The notes under the pieces: model-generated
What the model saw: the letters and a program-made list of their open reading frames with translations, nothing else
Told to the model about the DNA's origin: nothing
Database searches by the model: none
IMG/VR virus record: IMGVR_UViG_3300025426_000021
Coordinates: 20,229-84,228 of that record
Direction: 5' to 3' (one strand)
Source of the DNA: a virus
Taxonomy: Duplodnaviria; Caudoviricetes
Length of the DNA stretch: 64,000 nucleotides
Made by a program: the position numbers and the translations under genes
In this document: one piece after another, positions 49,155 to 58,939 of the stretch
Position numbering within the stretch: position 1 is the first letter of the stretch
How the letters are laid out: every line of letters starts with the position of its first letter

Positions 49155-49975
49155 TTACGGTATTTTATTTGTTTAAGTATATTTAAAACCTCGTTTTGAG
49201 TATAGTTTTTAGGTTCGTTCGGATAGTGTCCGTGTTTAGTCTTGTAAAGCTCTCTACCACCGTACACGTTCTTATGCCATTGTTCTTTCTTGTCTGCAAT
49301 AGATGAGTTATCGATAGCACCAGGAGCTTCTTCGAGGTATTTCTCACTATCAGCTATATCAGCAAACCACCAAAATGGAGGATGGTAACCAGCTAGTGCA
49401 ATACGATAGGTATGGTCTACGTGTTCCCAAGCATTATAAAACTGCTCGTCAATATAGCCTACCTTCTCGAGTACTTCTCTTGTAAAAAACGAAAACATTG
49501 CTACTGTATGAGTATATAATGCAATCTTAATTTCTCCAGGATACTCAATAACAATACGAGGATTAACAGGACTCTTTTGATCGAGTAAATGTCTATTATG
49601 AAGATCAAACTCTATGTTTTGTTTACGGTTAAATGGTGAACCAGGTCCGTAGTTAAAATGTTGTATACCGGTTTCTTGATATGCTTCAATGTATTTCATA
49701 AATACATTTTTATCTTTAATAAGCATATCATCTTCAATAATAAAAATATAATTACAACCAGCATCATAAAGATACTTCATTGCTTTGTTTTTAGATTTAC
49801 CTACACCAAGATTGACTTCATTCTGTAACCAAGTACCTGGTACCTCTATTTGATTTTCAGCCTTACCGTCGTTAACTACGACTAAAGCATCTACCACGTC
49901 CATAGGAAGTGTAGTTATTAAAGCTTTTAAGTAGTTGTTTCTGTTACAGGTAATAATACCAACACCGATTTTCAT
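49151..49975 (-). CDS. GT2-family glycosyltransferase
   Basis: GIITCNR, VVNDG, NLGVGKSKN, IEDD, VGYIDE, EHVD. Confidence 0.82.
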   Translation of the reverse strand: MKIGVGIITCNRNNYLKALITTLPMDVVDALVVVNDGKAENQIEVPGTWLQNEVNLGVGKSKNKAMKYLYDAGCNYIFIIEDDMLIKDKNVFMKYIEAYQETGIQHFNYGPGSPFNRKQNIEFDLHNRHLLDQKSPVNPRIVIEYPGEIKIALYTHTVAMFSFFTREVLEKVGYIDEQFYNAWEHVDHTYRIALAGYHPPFWWFADIADSEKYLEEAPGAIDNSSIADKKEQWHKNVYGGRELYKTKHGHYPNEPKNYTQNEVLNILKQIKYRK

Positions 49976-50967
49976 GTTAAAAATACATCCTTATATTGGT
50001 TAATTACATTGTTAGCACTAAACTTCTCTGAAAACATGTCCCAGTTTTGACTACGTAAATACTGCACATCTAGACCTTCCATAATGTTAACTAGACTGTT
50101 ATAATCATGATAAAGTATAGCTTTATCTCCTAAATGATCTATATGAGCGGTATCGTAACCAAGATTGGTTTCTCCACTCCATGGCATTTTACCGCTCCAG
50201 GTCATCACAGGTTTGTTATGAGAGGAAAACTCTCCTACTGCTAAACCAAATGTCTCTCCCATATGACGAGCATGTATCATAATGTCACATGCATTAATAA
50301 AATTAGATATACCAACATCATTAGTTATCCACGGAAAAAACATAGCTCTATCATGTTTAATAAAAGCATTAGTAGATAAAAATAGGAAGTAAACATCGTT
50401 TCTTGTTTTAAGAATAGTTTCTACTGCTCTATGTACAAATGCTAAATCAAATGAATCATTACCTCCGTGTCTACCAATAACTAAAGCATCTTTAGGTATG
50501 CCTAGTGCAGCTTTAATATCTTTATTAGGTGCTACCTTATTAATAATATGGGGTACAAACTTGTTTATATTGTATTTTTTAGCTAAGTTTTCTGATATAG
50601 CAGCATAAACACTTCCATGAGGCTCACTACAGTTAAAAACACAATGTATACCTGTTTTACAGTTATCTGGTGTAATGTGATCTATAGTACCAGATTTAAA
50701 CATGTATAGGAAGTCTATTTTTTTATCATCTACTACTCTGCTTATATCAGTTTTTACTACAGAAGCAAGAGATACTTCTACTTTAGAATCGTATGTAATG
50801 ACTTCAAACTCTTTAGATATTTTTTCAATACCCTCGTTAGCATTCATACTAGAGGTAACAAATGTTACGTTGTGACCAAGTATATCTCTTAGTGCTAGAC
50901 CGTAATCATAGGTTACGCGGGTAGAACCGCGGTTATCGAATTGATTTGAGTGTAAGGCAATATTCAT
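49972..50967 (-). CDS. GT4-like (GT-B) glycosyltransferase
   Basis: IGRHGG, FINACDIMIHAR..GETFGLAVGE. Confidence 0.8.
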   Translation of the reverse strand: MNIALHSNQFDNRGSTRVTYDYGLALRDILGHNVTFVTSSMNANEGIEKISKEFEVITYDSKVEVSLASVVKTDISRVVDDKKIDFLYMFKSGTIDHITPDNCKTGIHCVFNCSEPHGSVYAAISENLAKKYNINKFVPHIINKVAPNKDIKAALGIPKDALVIGRHGGNDSFDLAFVHRAVETILKTRNDVYFLFLSTNAFIKHDRAMFFPWITNDVGISNFINACDIMIHARHMGETFGLAVGEFSSHNKPVMTWSGKMPWSGETNLGYDTAHIDHLGDKAILYHDYNSLVNIMEGLDVQYLRSQNWDMFSEKFSANNVINQYKDVFLT

Positions 50968-50968
50968 A

Positions 50969-52021
50969 TTACATTTTTACTGCTCTGGAATAAAGATCGT
51001 TAACATAAAGTTTAGTTGCTTCTTTGTTTTTTACATCCATTAACTCAACAAACTCGTCAATAGACTTCTCTACACTTATGTTAAACTCCTTATTAGCAGC
51101 TTCTTCAATATTAATTTTACTTTGTTCAGTGACATCATGCTCCATTGTGAACTCTACAGGTTTAACTGCAACGAGTTTACGTACTATGGTTTCTAAAGTG
51201 ATCGGATCTACAGGTTTATCGACAATAAACTTAACGATATTACCTTGTATAGCAGCTTTAAGCGTTTCCGGTGTATATATGCCGCTAGTAAGTTCAGTAT
51301 ACTGTAATCGTCTATAAGACGGAGAAACATTATTTTCTATAAACTTGTAACTCAAATCAGCAAGATCTAATATATACAAACCTTTAGTTGTACCAAAGTC
51401 ACCCCAATCCTGTTGATACGGACAACCTACATAAAGTATAGTACCGTCTTTATATTTGCGCTCTTCTCTGTGGTGAAAATGACCAGTAATAGTTAAAGGT
51501 GCTCTATCAGTTAAATCAGATGATTTTAACCCATTTGTACATACTTTAAACGAGTTCATCTTAAAGCTGTTAACTTCAAAATGACCAATGATTAAATCAC
51601 ACTTAAGTACTTCATTAATATCTTGACCCCAAGGACAAAATGCTATTTTTCTTCCTTGGAGTGTTTCGACGGTAAGAGTGTCAACAACAGTAATATTACT
51701 CCAACCACGAAGAATGGATACGGAATTAACAGTAGAATTATCCCGGTAGTAAGCATCGTGATTACCCACGGTAATAATGATATTAAAATCACGCAATACA
51801 TCAAAAATGTCAGTAACCACGTGAAGAGTATTAACAGCAATGTCATTACGATCATGAAATATGTCTCCTGGTATTATTATGTCTTGTATACCGTTCTTTT
51901 TAAACTGTTCAGCAGCCCATTTTGCATGATCTAGAGCAATCTTGTGCCAGGTTGCGCTGTTACGATGTACACCATAATGAGGATCTGAAAATATACCGAC
52001 TTCTGAGTTTTTAATCAACAT
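50969..52021 (-). CDS. Recombination endonuclease subunit gp47 (Mre11/SbcD-like)
   Basis: SDPHYG, GDIFH, GNHD, GHFE, GHFH, YVGCPYQ. Confidence 0.93.
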   Translation of the reverse strand: MLIKNSEVGIFSDPHYGVHRNSATWHKIALDHAKWAAEQFKKNGIQDIIIPGDIFHDRNDIAVNTLHVVTDIFDVLRDFNIIITVGNHDAYYRDNSTVNSVSILRGWSNITVVDTLTVETLQGRKIAFCPWGQDINEVLKCDLIIGHFEVNSFKMNSFKVCTNGLKSSDLTDRAPLTITGHFHHREERKYKDGTILYVGCPYQQDWGDFGTTKGLYILDLADLSYKFIENNVSPSYRRLQYTELTSGIYTPETLKAAIQGNIVKFIVDKPVDPITLETIVRKLVAVKPVEFTMEHDVTEQSKINIEEAANKEFNISVEKSIDEFVELMDVKNKEATKLYVNDLYSRAVKM

Positions 52022-52547
52022 GTTTATTAATAGGGTTTACTGGGTCATCGATACCTACTTGAGGTCCAATGGCGCTATATACTTCTTCTTGATATGCTGC
52101 TAGTGTGTCTCTCATACGTTTTTCTTTCTTAATACGAGAACGCCAGCAGTTAAAGGCAATAGAGTTAAAATATGAAAAAGGATTAAAGCCTTTGTCGAAG
52201 TTATACTTCTTATCTTTTAATGCATTAAACATATTGATAAGAGAGTCTCCAATAGCTTCTTCTTTAAATGTATAGTTAATAAAGTTAGATGCATGTGCTA
52301 ACCCATAAGCAATATTGCGTATCATAATGGCGAGATTATCACTCATTACATTAGTTGCGTAATATTTTCGAAGTTCTTCTGTAAATTCAGCTGGGCTCAC
52401 ATAGTATACCTTTTTAGCTTTAGCAGATTCACTTAATGGCTTCTTAGGCTTATCTGCTTTAGCTATTTTAGTTATTTTTACAGTCGACGGCCCTTCAGAC
52501 TGCTTCAGTAATTGTTTTTTCGGTAATTTTGATTTTTTCAAGGTCAT
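52011..52547 (-). CDS. Late-transcription sigma factor (gp55-like)
   Basis: YYVS..EF, NFINYTFKEE.IGD, FNPFSYFNSIAFN...RIKKEK; adjacent to gp47 as in T4. Confidence 0.85.
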   Translation of the reverse strand: MTLKKSKLPKKQLLKQSEGPSTVKITKIAKADKPKKPLSESAKAKKVYYVSPAEFTEELRKYYATNVMSDNLAIMIRNIAYGLAHASNFINYTFKEEAIGDSLINMFNALKDKKYNFDKGFNPFSYFNSIAFNCWRSRIKKEKRMRDTLAAYQEEVYSAIGPQVGIDDPVNPINKHVD

Positions 52548-53949
52548 AAAATTCTTTTCGTTTGTCGTAGTGCTTAATACCATAAATTAAATCATCGACA
52601 ATATCGACCAATGTCAATATGTCTTTGTTTTCGTGAACACGTAATCCACGACCAATAGACTGTAGAGTTTTAATTTTTGATTTACCGCCTGCAGCAAACA
52701 CTATATAATGTATGTTTTTTATAGAAATGCCAGTAGAAAATATCTTACTAATGGCAATACACACAACATTATTATGTTGTTCCATGATTTCTTGTACTCT
52801 GCGGCGTTCTTCCACCTCTACGCTACCCTGTATAAAGTATACCTGTTTATCCGTTAAAGTAGATAGCTCTTTATAGAGATTGTCTCCATGAGCTATATGA
52901 TCTATAAGAATAAGACAGTTGTTTTTAAAGTTATGAGCTAGTTGTCTGATTACTTTGTTTCTAAACTTATTGTTATGTATATAATCTAGTTCTAGCAAGT
53001 ATCTTTGTGCAGAAGATACAGCTGTATAATCTGGTTTAAAGTCGTAATTAAGTTTAATAGCTAAGCATTGTGCATTAGCAATATACTCCCCACCAGCAGC
53101 TTCTCTTAACTCCGTAGTTGTCTTTTTAAATACAACCGGACCAATAAAGTTGTTAATATTCCATGTATCGATATTATTTTCTGGTAACGTACCTGTAAAA
53201 CCAATACGTCTTAATGTAGGTACTTTGTCAAGTAGTTTGCAAACCTTATTACCTCTACGTAGTTTATGACATTCATCTACAACTAATAAACCTACTTTAC
53301 TAAACCAACTAATATCTGAGTTCTTACTCTGTAATATACCCATATTAGCAATAATAACCCGAGCATTAGGGTCTATTTCAGTATTGCCGGTCCACTTACT
53401 TACTATTTCCATAGGAAAGTTATAAGAAGTAAAGTCTTTATGAGTTTGAGACACTAAACCTAAGTCTGGAACTACTATTAATATTTTTTCAGTAGGTTCT
53501 ATTTGATGTAATGCAGCATATACCAAGTTAGCAATGATTAAAGTTTTACCACCACCTGTTGCTAACTCTACAACTCCGTAACCATTGTCTAGTGCTTTAC
53601 TAACTGCTGTTTCTTGGTAGTCTCTAAGTTTAAATTCACTACTTAATGTTTTAAACCTATCAGGGTCGAGTATATGAGTCTTTTGTACGATGTCTTTATA
53701 TTCTTGATTAACTTTAATCTCAAACGGTATGTTCTGATTGTTTAAAAACTCTATAATACCAGGTACTAAACCAATACCACAATACCCTGCAGGTGTAATA
53801 GCATATATGCGCTGAGGAATGAACCTAGCAAAACGATTAAAACGAGCACCCGGGTTCTTAACACTGAAGTGCTCTTTTATATTAGGAAGATATTCTGAAA
53901 CGATTTTTACTTCCTTACGCTTTGGGTCATATTGGAACTCAACTACCAT
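52495..53949 (-). CDS. uvsW: SF2 helicase UvsW
   Basis: LRDYQ, ATGGGKT, VDECH, GFTGT, FSTGISI, LQSIGRGLR. Confidence 0.93.
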   Translation of the reverse strand: MVVEFQYDPKRKEVKIVSEYLPNIKEHFSVKNPGARFNRFARFIPQRIYAITPAGYCGIGLVPGIIEFLNNQNIPFEIKVNQEYKDIVQKTHILDPDRFKTLSSEFKLRDYQETAVSKALDNGYGVVELATGGGKTLIIANLVYAALHQIEPTEKILIVVPDLGLVSQTHKDFTSYNFPMEIVSKWTGNTEIDPNARVIIANMGILQSKNSDISWFSKVGLLVVDECHKLRRGNKVCKLLDKVPTLRRIGFTGTLPENNIDTWNINNFIGPVVFKKTTTELREAAGGEYIANAQCLAIKLNYDFKPDYTAVSSAQRYLLELDYIHNNKFRNKVIRQLAHNFKNNCLILIDHIAHGDNLYKELSTLTDKQVYFIQGSVEVEERRRVQEIMEQHNNVVCIAISKIFSTGISIKNIHYIVFAAGGKSKIKTLQSIGRGLRVHENKDILTLVDIVDDLIYGIKHYDKRKEFYDLEKIKITEKTITEAV

Positions 53950-54350
53950 TATGTTGTCTCAAGTTTTTGTAAATCTATTACGTTTTTATAGTCGTACGTT
54001 AACGAGCTGGTTAGTTTTTCTATTTTTTCAAGGTACTCTAAGATTATCTTCACTTGATCAATACAAGCATTAATAGAAACAATCTCATCATCCCCTGCTA
54101 TAGCTTGTTCTTGAGCCGTTTTTGACAGTACTACAGGAGAGTTAAATGCTTTAGTTTTAATCTTTTGCTTCTTGGTATATTCTAACTTGAGTAGTGCACT
54201 CTTGTATTGCATTGTTTTTGCAACCCACTTATGTTTAGTAGTAGGTGCTAACATAGCTTTTTCTTTAATGGATAGTTCATCCATTTTAATATCATTAGTA
54301 AGTTCAGATTGAAAGTCACTAATAATTTTATCTATATTGAGTAAGTCCAT
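53949..54350 (-). CDS. uvsY: Recombination mediator UvsY-like
   Basis: 133 aa helical protein directly upstream of uvsW; HKW and YLEKI...KN.ID pattern. Confidence 0.65.
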   Translation of the reverse strand: MDLLNIDKIISDFQSELTNDIKMDELSIKEKAMLAPTTKHKWVAKTMQYKSALLKLEYTKKQKIKTKAFNSPVVLSKTAQEQAIAGDDEIVSINACIDQVKIILEYLEKIEKLTSSLTYDYKNVIDLQKLETT

Positions 54351-54390
54351 AAATCTTACTAAGTATATATTATAAAATTAATAAATCTAC

Positions 54391-54636
54391 GTGAAAAACT
54401 TTAATATTTTGTATACTAAGCTTTTAGAAGACATGACAACTGGTAGTGCTTTTGGTGCAGACCAGGCTCATGCTCCTGTAACAGGACAATCAAGTGATTT
54501 TTATGCACCAGGAGATGCAAGAAATATATGGGGTACTGGTAGTAAAAAACCTAAAAAGGACAAAAAGAAAAAAATGAATGGTGAGCCTCAACCGTTACTT
54601 CCATTACAACGTAGAACATTTCCAAAAGGGATGTAA
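54391..54636 (+). CDS. Small protein, candidate internal head protein
   Basis: MKNFNILYTKLLEDM N-terminus; DFYAPGDAR. Confidence 0.55.
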   Translation: MKNFNILYTKLLEDMTTGSAFGADQAHAPVTGQSSDFYAPGDARNIWGTGSKKPKKDKKKKMNGEPQPLLPLQRRTFPKGM

Positions 54637-54645
54637 GTAGGATGC

Positions 54646-55197
54646 ATGGACATAGGCCATTGGACAACAAATGAAACTTTCAACAACGATATTTTGCCTT
54701 ACGGTTTTATTTATCGTATTACAAACCTGGTCAGTGGTAAGGTCTATTTCGGTAAAAAGCAGATTAAAAGCGTTAAAAAACTTAAGCCTCTCAAAGGAAG
54801 AAAAAACAAAAGACACTTTGACGTAGAGACAGATTGGAAGACTTATACTTCATCCTCTAATGATGTTAATGAAGATATAAAGAAGATTGGTAAAGACAAA
54901 TTTAAGTTTGAAATACTACGTTTTTGTGACAGTAAGTTTGAGTTAGCTTATTATGAAGCTAAAATACAGTTTGATCATGATGTGTTACTTAAAGGTGGTT
55001 ATTATAACGGCATTATAAACTGCCGTATTGGTAGAGCACCAGATGCTTTGCTAAAAAAGCTTGCACAAAGCAATAAAGAGCCTATCTTATTATTCGGTGA
55101 AACCTTACCCGTTAAAGTACAACCTGTATCTGAAAAACTTTCAAGAGACGGAAAGTCAGATTCTAAGCTCCTTTCAGAAGGAACTACGCAAACTTAA
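54646..55197 (+). CDS. GIY-YIG-like nuclease
   Basis: GFIYRITNLVSGKVYFGKK, WKTYTSS, FKFEIL, YYE, YYN. Confidence 0.75.
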   Translation: MDIGHWTTNETFNNDILPYGFIYRITNLVSGKVYFGKKQIKSVKKLKPLKGRKNKRHFDVETDWKTYTSSSNDVNEDIKKIGKDKFKFEILRFCDSKFELAYYEAKIQFDHDVLLKGGYYNGIINCRIGRAPDALLKKLAQSNKEPILLFGETLPVKVQPVSEKLSRDGKSDSKLLSEGTTQT

Positions 55198-55579
55198 TAT
55201 ACAAACATATGACAGTTTACCTCGGCAGGATTATCTCAAGCTTATACATTATTTTACTCTTCACACTCTTTTTACCGAATATTCTAGCTTAGAAGATAAA
55301 AAGAACACTATATACTGGATTAATAAAACAACGTGTAATATGGATATATTACCGTTTATAAAAGAGGTAAAGAAGTGTTTCCCAATACTACTTTATATTA
55401 CCAGTAAACCATATAAAACAGCATTAGTTGACAAAAATACTGCGGAATACACAGAAGTAACTACCGAGCTCAAAGAGTTTCGCTATTCTATTGATTATAG
55501 CAAGTATAGTTTTAACAAAATCAAACGGTTTTGCACGAAATTTGGCATAGAAAACTTAGCATCCGTATTCAAACCATGA
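55061..55579 (+). CDS. Hypothetical protein (start uncertain)
   Basis: ORF fills the gap after the GIY-YIG gene. Confidence 0.5.
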   Translation: MHKAIKSLSYYSVKPYPLKYNLYLKNFQETESQILSSFQKELRKLNIQTYDSLPRQDYLKLIHYFTLHTLFTEYSSLEDKKNTIYWINKTTCNMDILPFIKEVKKCFPILLYITSKPYKTALVDKNTAEYTEVTTELKEFRYSIDYSKYSFNKIKRFCTKFGIENLASVFKP

Positions 55580-55801
55580 GCTGGATTTCTCGCTCTAATT
55601 ATATAATATATAGTGAGCGCAGCGAACTTGTTAAAAAGGTCTGCAAGACTGAGACGAAGGAGCTTTGCTCCTGAGTCCCTATTATTAATACATATAATAC
55701 TATTATATGTGGTATACTCCTTAAACCGACGACACTTTATATTACTTTATTGCCAAATAAAATCAAGTGCAAATATACAAAAAAGTCGTAAATATATTGA
55801 A

Positions 55802-56131
55802 ATGAAGCCAAAAAGTAAGTTTTTAACGTTATTAAATCAAATTACTATTGATGAAGGACTGACAGATGTAATAGCACCTGATCAGCAATCAGACGTTGCA
55901 AAAAAATCTGTAGACGCAGCACAAGCAGCAACTGCAGCTGCGGCAAGTAATACACTTCAAGGCATACACGCTGTTTATAACGATCCAGCTTTTCTTAAAG
56001 CATTACAATCCGGGGATACAGCAACAGCATCAAAAGCTTTAGCAGATTTAGTTGTGAAAAGTAAAGGTACAGCTGGTGGCACTCAAGGTAGTACACCAAG
56101 TGTTTCTTCAGGTGTAACACCAGCTGTTTAA
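55802..56131 (+). CDS. Ala-rich late protein, candidate internal head protein
   Basis: ATG 55802 lies 7 nt after TAAATA; N-terminus MKPKSKFLTLLNQITIDE. Confidence 0.6.
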   Translation: MKPKSKFLTLLNQITIDEGLTDVIAPDQQSDVAKKSVDAAQAATAAAASNTLQGIHAVYNDPAFLKALQSGDTATASKALADLVVKSKGTAGGTQGSTPSVSSGVTPAV

Positions 56132-56132
56132 T

Positions 56133-56492
56133 ATGAAAAAATTTGACGCAATAGCAGATAGTATATTTCGTACTTTATTAGAAGCACCAGTACCTCCTGT
56201 AGCTGCTACTCCAGAACAGCAACCTACTACGCCTGCTGCTGGTTTAAATCAAACTGGACAACCACCTCAGCCGTTAGGAGGTCAACCTGAACAAGTGCCA
56301 CAAACTTCTCAGGAGACAACAAACTGGGAGACTACTTTATTAGATATGGCTAAAAACGCTATTATGACAGTTAGAGACAACCCTAACCTAATAAGCGATG
56401 AAGATGCTAAAGTACTTACCACACCAGTTACACAGCAAAATAAAGATGCTGGTATTATGGCGGTGCTTGGTAAACTACAGGGTAAAGCTTAA
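56133..56492 (+). CDS. Pro/Gln-rich protein, candidate internal head protein
   Basis: N-terminus MKKFDAIADSIFRTLLEA. Confidence 0.6.
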   Translation: MKKFDAIADSIFRTLLEAPVPPVAATPEQQPTTPAAGLNQTGQPPQPLGGQPEQVPQTSQETTNWETTLLDMAKNAIMTVRDNPNLISDEDAKVLTTPVTQQNKDAGIMAVLGKLQGKA

Positions 56493-57058
56493 GGCTTTAA
56501 GTATCTGTTAGCAAAAGCTTGGTTACGACCGGTCATTTCTTTGCCGTTTACATGTCGTATGTATTGAGCTTTAACTTCTTTATCATTTCCGGTAACTACA
56601 CCATCTAAAAATCTAGGAAACTTTCCTAATACACCATTAAAGGCAAAGTCTGTTAGCATTTCTTTTTTGCTGTTGTCAAGACGATCAAATGCACCAGGCC
56701 CGAATCTAAAGTCTGTTATTTGTTTTGCCCTGGTAGCAGCAGTTTGTATGTCTTTTTTCAACATTTCAGTAGCCTGTACATCTGTAATACCACGAGAAAA
56801 GTTCTCACCAGGCTGTAACTTGTGGCCATATGCAATAGTATCTGCACCACCCTCTACACTCTTGTGCGGATGCCATAAACCGTGCTTAAAGCCTGCTTTT
56901 ATACCGTTCTCTACACTTTTTATGTAATTAATAAAATCAGGGGTAACTTGAAACCGGCTGTTATGTATATAGTGCTGAGCGAACGTAGGTGGGGGTGGAG
57001 GAGGGGTAGTATTTGGCACGATAAATTCCTTTTTTAAACTTTTTCCTGTTGCAGCCAT
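56489..57058 (-). CDS. Phage lysozyme (GH24-like muramidase)
   Basis: IKSVENG, DTIAYGHKL, ITDVQATEMLKKDI, LTDFAFN; ATG 57058 lies 5 nt after TAAATA. Confidence 0.75.
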   Translation of the reverse strand: MAATGKSLKKEFIVPNTTPPPPPPTFAQHYIHNSRFQVTPDFINYIKSVENGIKAGFKHGLWHPHKSVEGGADTIAYGHKLQPGENFSRGITDVQATEMLKKDIQTAATRAKQITDFRFGPGAFDRLDNSKKEMLTDFAFNGVLGKFPRFLDGVVTGNDKEVKAQYIRHVNGKEMTGRNQAFANRYLKP

Positions 57059-57063
57059 ATCAA

Positions 57064-57084
57064 TATTTACTATCAATATAAATA
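57064..57084. promoter_or_regulatory. Back-to-back divergent late promoters
   Basis: Minus-strand TAAATA at 57064-57069 and plus-strand TATAAATA at 57077-57084, each 5 nt from an ATG. Confidence 0.7.
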
Positions 57085-57089
57085 AATGT

Positions 57090-57443
57090 ATGATAGTAAA
57101 ATACAAAAACAAAAAGTATAGCAGTGATGATGTACCCATATTTTTGTTTTTTAGATCGGATGCTAACAAAAGAGAGTTTATTGATATATTGGCAAACTAT
57201 GAAGATTCTGGTGTTTTTATTAAGTTAAACTGTATAGATATTGCTTTACTTGGCAACACAGTAGTAAAGAATAAAAGAGCTGCTTTACATGTTAGATTGG
57301 ATAGTATTGCGGAGAAAAAAGACATACAACGGTATTTGTTTAACTCTAACGAAGAAAGCAATGCTGTTATATCTACCCCGCCCGATATAAAGCCTAGTAT
57401 ACTAGAAGGTTGGATTGAAAAACACACAAAAGACTTAATTTAA
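57090..57443 (+). CDS. Hypothetical late protein
   Basis: Exact TATAAATA 5 nt upstream. Confidence 0.6.
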   Translation: MIVKYKNKKYSSDDVPIFLFFRSDANKREFIDILANYEDSGVFIKLNCIDIALLGNTVVKNKRAALHVRLDSIAEKKDIQRYLFNSNEESNAVISTPPDIKPSILEGWIEKHTKDLI

Positions 57444-57444
57444 G

Positions 57445-57472
57445 TTGATATTATTTTAAATACCTCTACCAT
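57445..57472 (+). promoter_or_regulatory. Sigma70-type promoter TTGATA-N16-TACCAT for queD
   Basis: Matches the recurring consensus; 5 nt before ATG. Confidence 0.55.
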
Positions 57473-57477
57473 AGGGT

Positions 57478-57942
57478 ATGGGTAAATTTACATCAACTAA
57501 AGTCATTCCGTTGGGTTCGGCTGCTTTCAGACAGCCCTACGCTCAAAGCCATTGTCATTTTATTCATGGCTATCGTTTACAGGCCAAGTTTTGGTTCTCT
57601 TGTGATACATTAGATAACAACAACTGGGTTGTTGATTTCGGCGGTCTTAAGCAACTTAAAACTGCTCTAGAAGAATATTTCGACCATAAAACAGTGGTTT
57701 GGGCTAAAGACCCTGACTTAGATATGTTTAAACAACTAGAAGAACGTAAGATGATTGAACTAGTAATTCTTGAAGACGGAGTAGGTATTGAAAGGTTTGC
57801 TGAACTATGTCATAAACTAGCAAACGAACACGTTAAAGACTTAACTAACGGAAGATGCTGGTGTGAAAAAGTAGAAGTTTGGGAACATGAAGGCAATAGT
57901 GCTATATTTGAAACTATACCTCAAAGTGGGTGGAAAAGCTAA
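57478..57942 (+). CDS. queD: 6-carboxy-5,6,7,8-tetrahydropterin synthase QueD
   Basis: SHCHFIHGY, VVDFGGLK, FDHK, VEVWEH..NSA. Confidence 0.9.
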   Translation: MGKFTSTKVIPLGSAAFRQPYAQSHCHFIHGYRLQAKFWFSCDTLDNNNWVVDFGGLKQLKTALEEYFDHKTVVWAKDPDLDMFKQLEERKMIELVILEDGVGIERFAELCHKLANEHVKDLTNGRCWCEKVEVWEHEGNSAIFETIPQSGWKS

Positions 57943-57964
57943 TAACATATAATATAATACCTCT

Positions 57965-58771
57965 ATGTCTAATATTGACCCTAATACAACTTTATTTATT
58001 TCAGACGATTTTGTGTTCTATACGCTAGAAGGAGAGGGCCGTTATATCGGTCATCCTTCAGTGTTTATGAGAATGGCTATGTGTAACTTAACATGTATCG
58101 GTTTTAAGAGTGAAGACTCACCGAACGGTTGTGATAGCTATATTAGCTGGTCTAAGAAAAACAAAATGACATTTGAAGAGGTTGCACAACTCTTTGAGAA
58201 AAACGATTATCATGAACGTTTAAAAGAAGGTGCATTACTTAAGTTAACTGGTGGTGAACCTTTTATTCAGCAAAAGAACTTATTACTATTTGTTAAGTTT
58301 ATTAGAGATCGTTGGGGTTTTAAAAACTACAGCAGAACATTAACAATGGAAGATATTGGTAGGCCTACATTGCATGTAGACTTTGAAACTAACGGCACTA
58401 TTATGCCGGATGAAGAATGGTCTCGTATTGGCGTACATGTAACATATACTACTTCGCCTAAACTATCAAGTAACGGAGATCCTGCTGATAAACGTTATAA
58501 ACCAGAAGTATTGCGTTATCTAGCTGTACATGATGCTTGTTTTAAGTTTGTAGCTAAACAAGAGTCAGACTTAAATGAAGTATTAGAAAACTATCTTAAT
58601 AGCCCTGAAGTAGCTGTACGTTCAAGTCAAGTATGGATTATGCCAATGTGCGGTAGCCGTAAAGAGCTACTAGAAGTTGGGCCTGTAGTGGCTGAACTAT
58701 GTAAGAAATATAATTTTAAGTTCTCTAACAGAATGCACTTGCAGGTCTGGGATCGCGCACTCAAGGTTTAA
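57965..58771 (+). CDS. queE: 7-carboxy-7-deazaguanine synthase QueE (radical SAM)
   Basis: FYTLEGEG..G.PSVFMR..CNLTC...CDS, TGGEP, ETNGT, SPKL, RMH..W. Confidence 0.92.
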   Translation: MSNIDPNTTLFISDDFVFYTLEGEGRYIGHPSVFMRMAMCNLTCIGFKSEDSPNGCDSYISWSKKNKMTFEEVAQLFEKNDYHERLKEGALLKLTGGEPFIQQKNLLLFVKFIRDRWGFKNYSRTLTMEDIGRPTLHVDFETNGTIMPDEEWSRIGVHVTYTTSPKLSSNGDPADKRYKPEVLRYLAVHDACFKFVAKQESDLNEVLENYLNSPEVAVRSSQVWIMPMCGSRKELLEVGPVVAELCKKYNFKFSNRMHLQVWDRALKV

Positions 58772-58774
58772 TAT

Positions 58775-58936
58775 ATGAACGATATTCCTGACCCTAAAAA
58801 ACATAAAAACATTAGTATCATTAAAAGCATTATCCGCATTATTGCGGGTACGTGCCTTTGCTTTGGTAGCTTTTGGGTTACTGGTGTGTTACTAATCGTA
58901 GCAGAAATACTCGGTATAATTGAAGAAATGGTATAA
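58775..58936 (+). CDS. Small membrane protein (53 aa, absent from ORF track)
   Basis: MNDIPDPKKHKNISIIKSIIRIIAGTCLCFGSFWVTGVLLIVAEILGIIEEMV; fills the gap between queE and the next ORF. Confidence 0.65.
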   Translation: MNDIPDPKKHKNISIIKSIIRIIAGTCLCFGSFWVTGVLLIVAEILGIIEEMV

Positions 58937-58939
58937 TGT

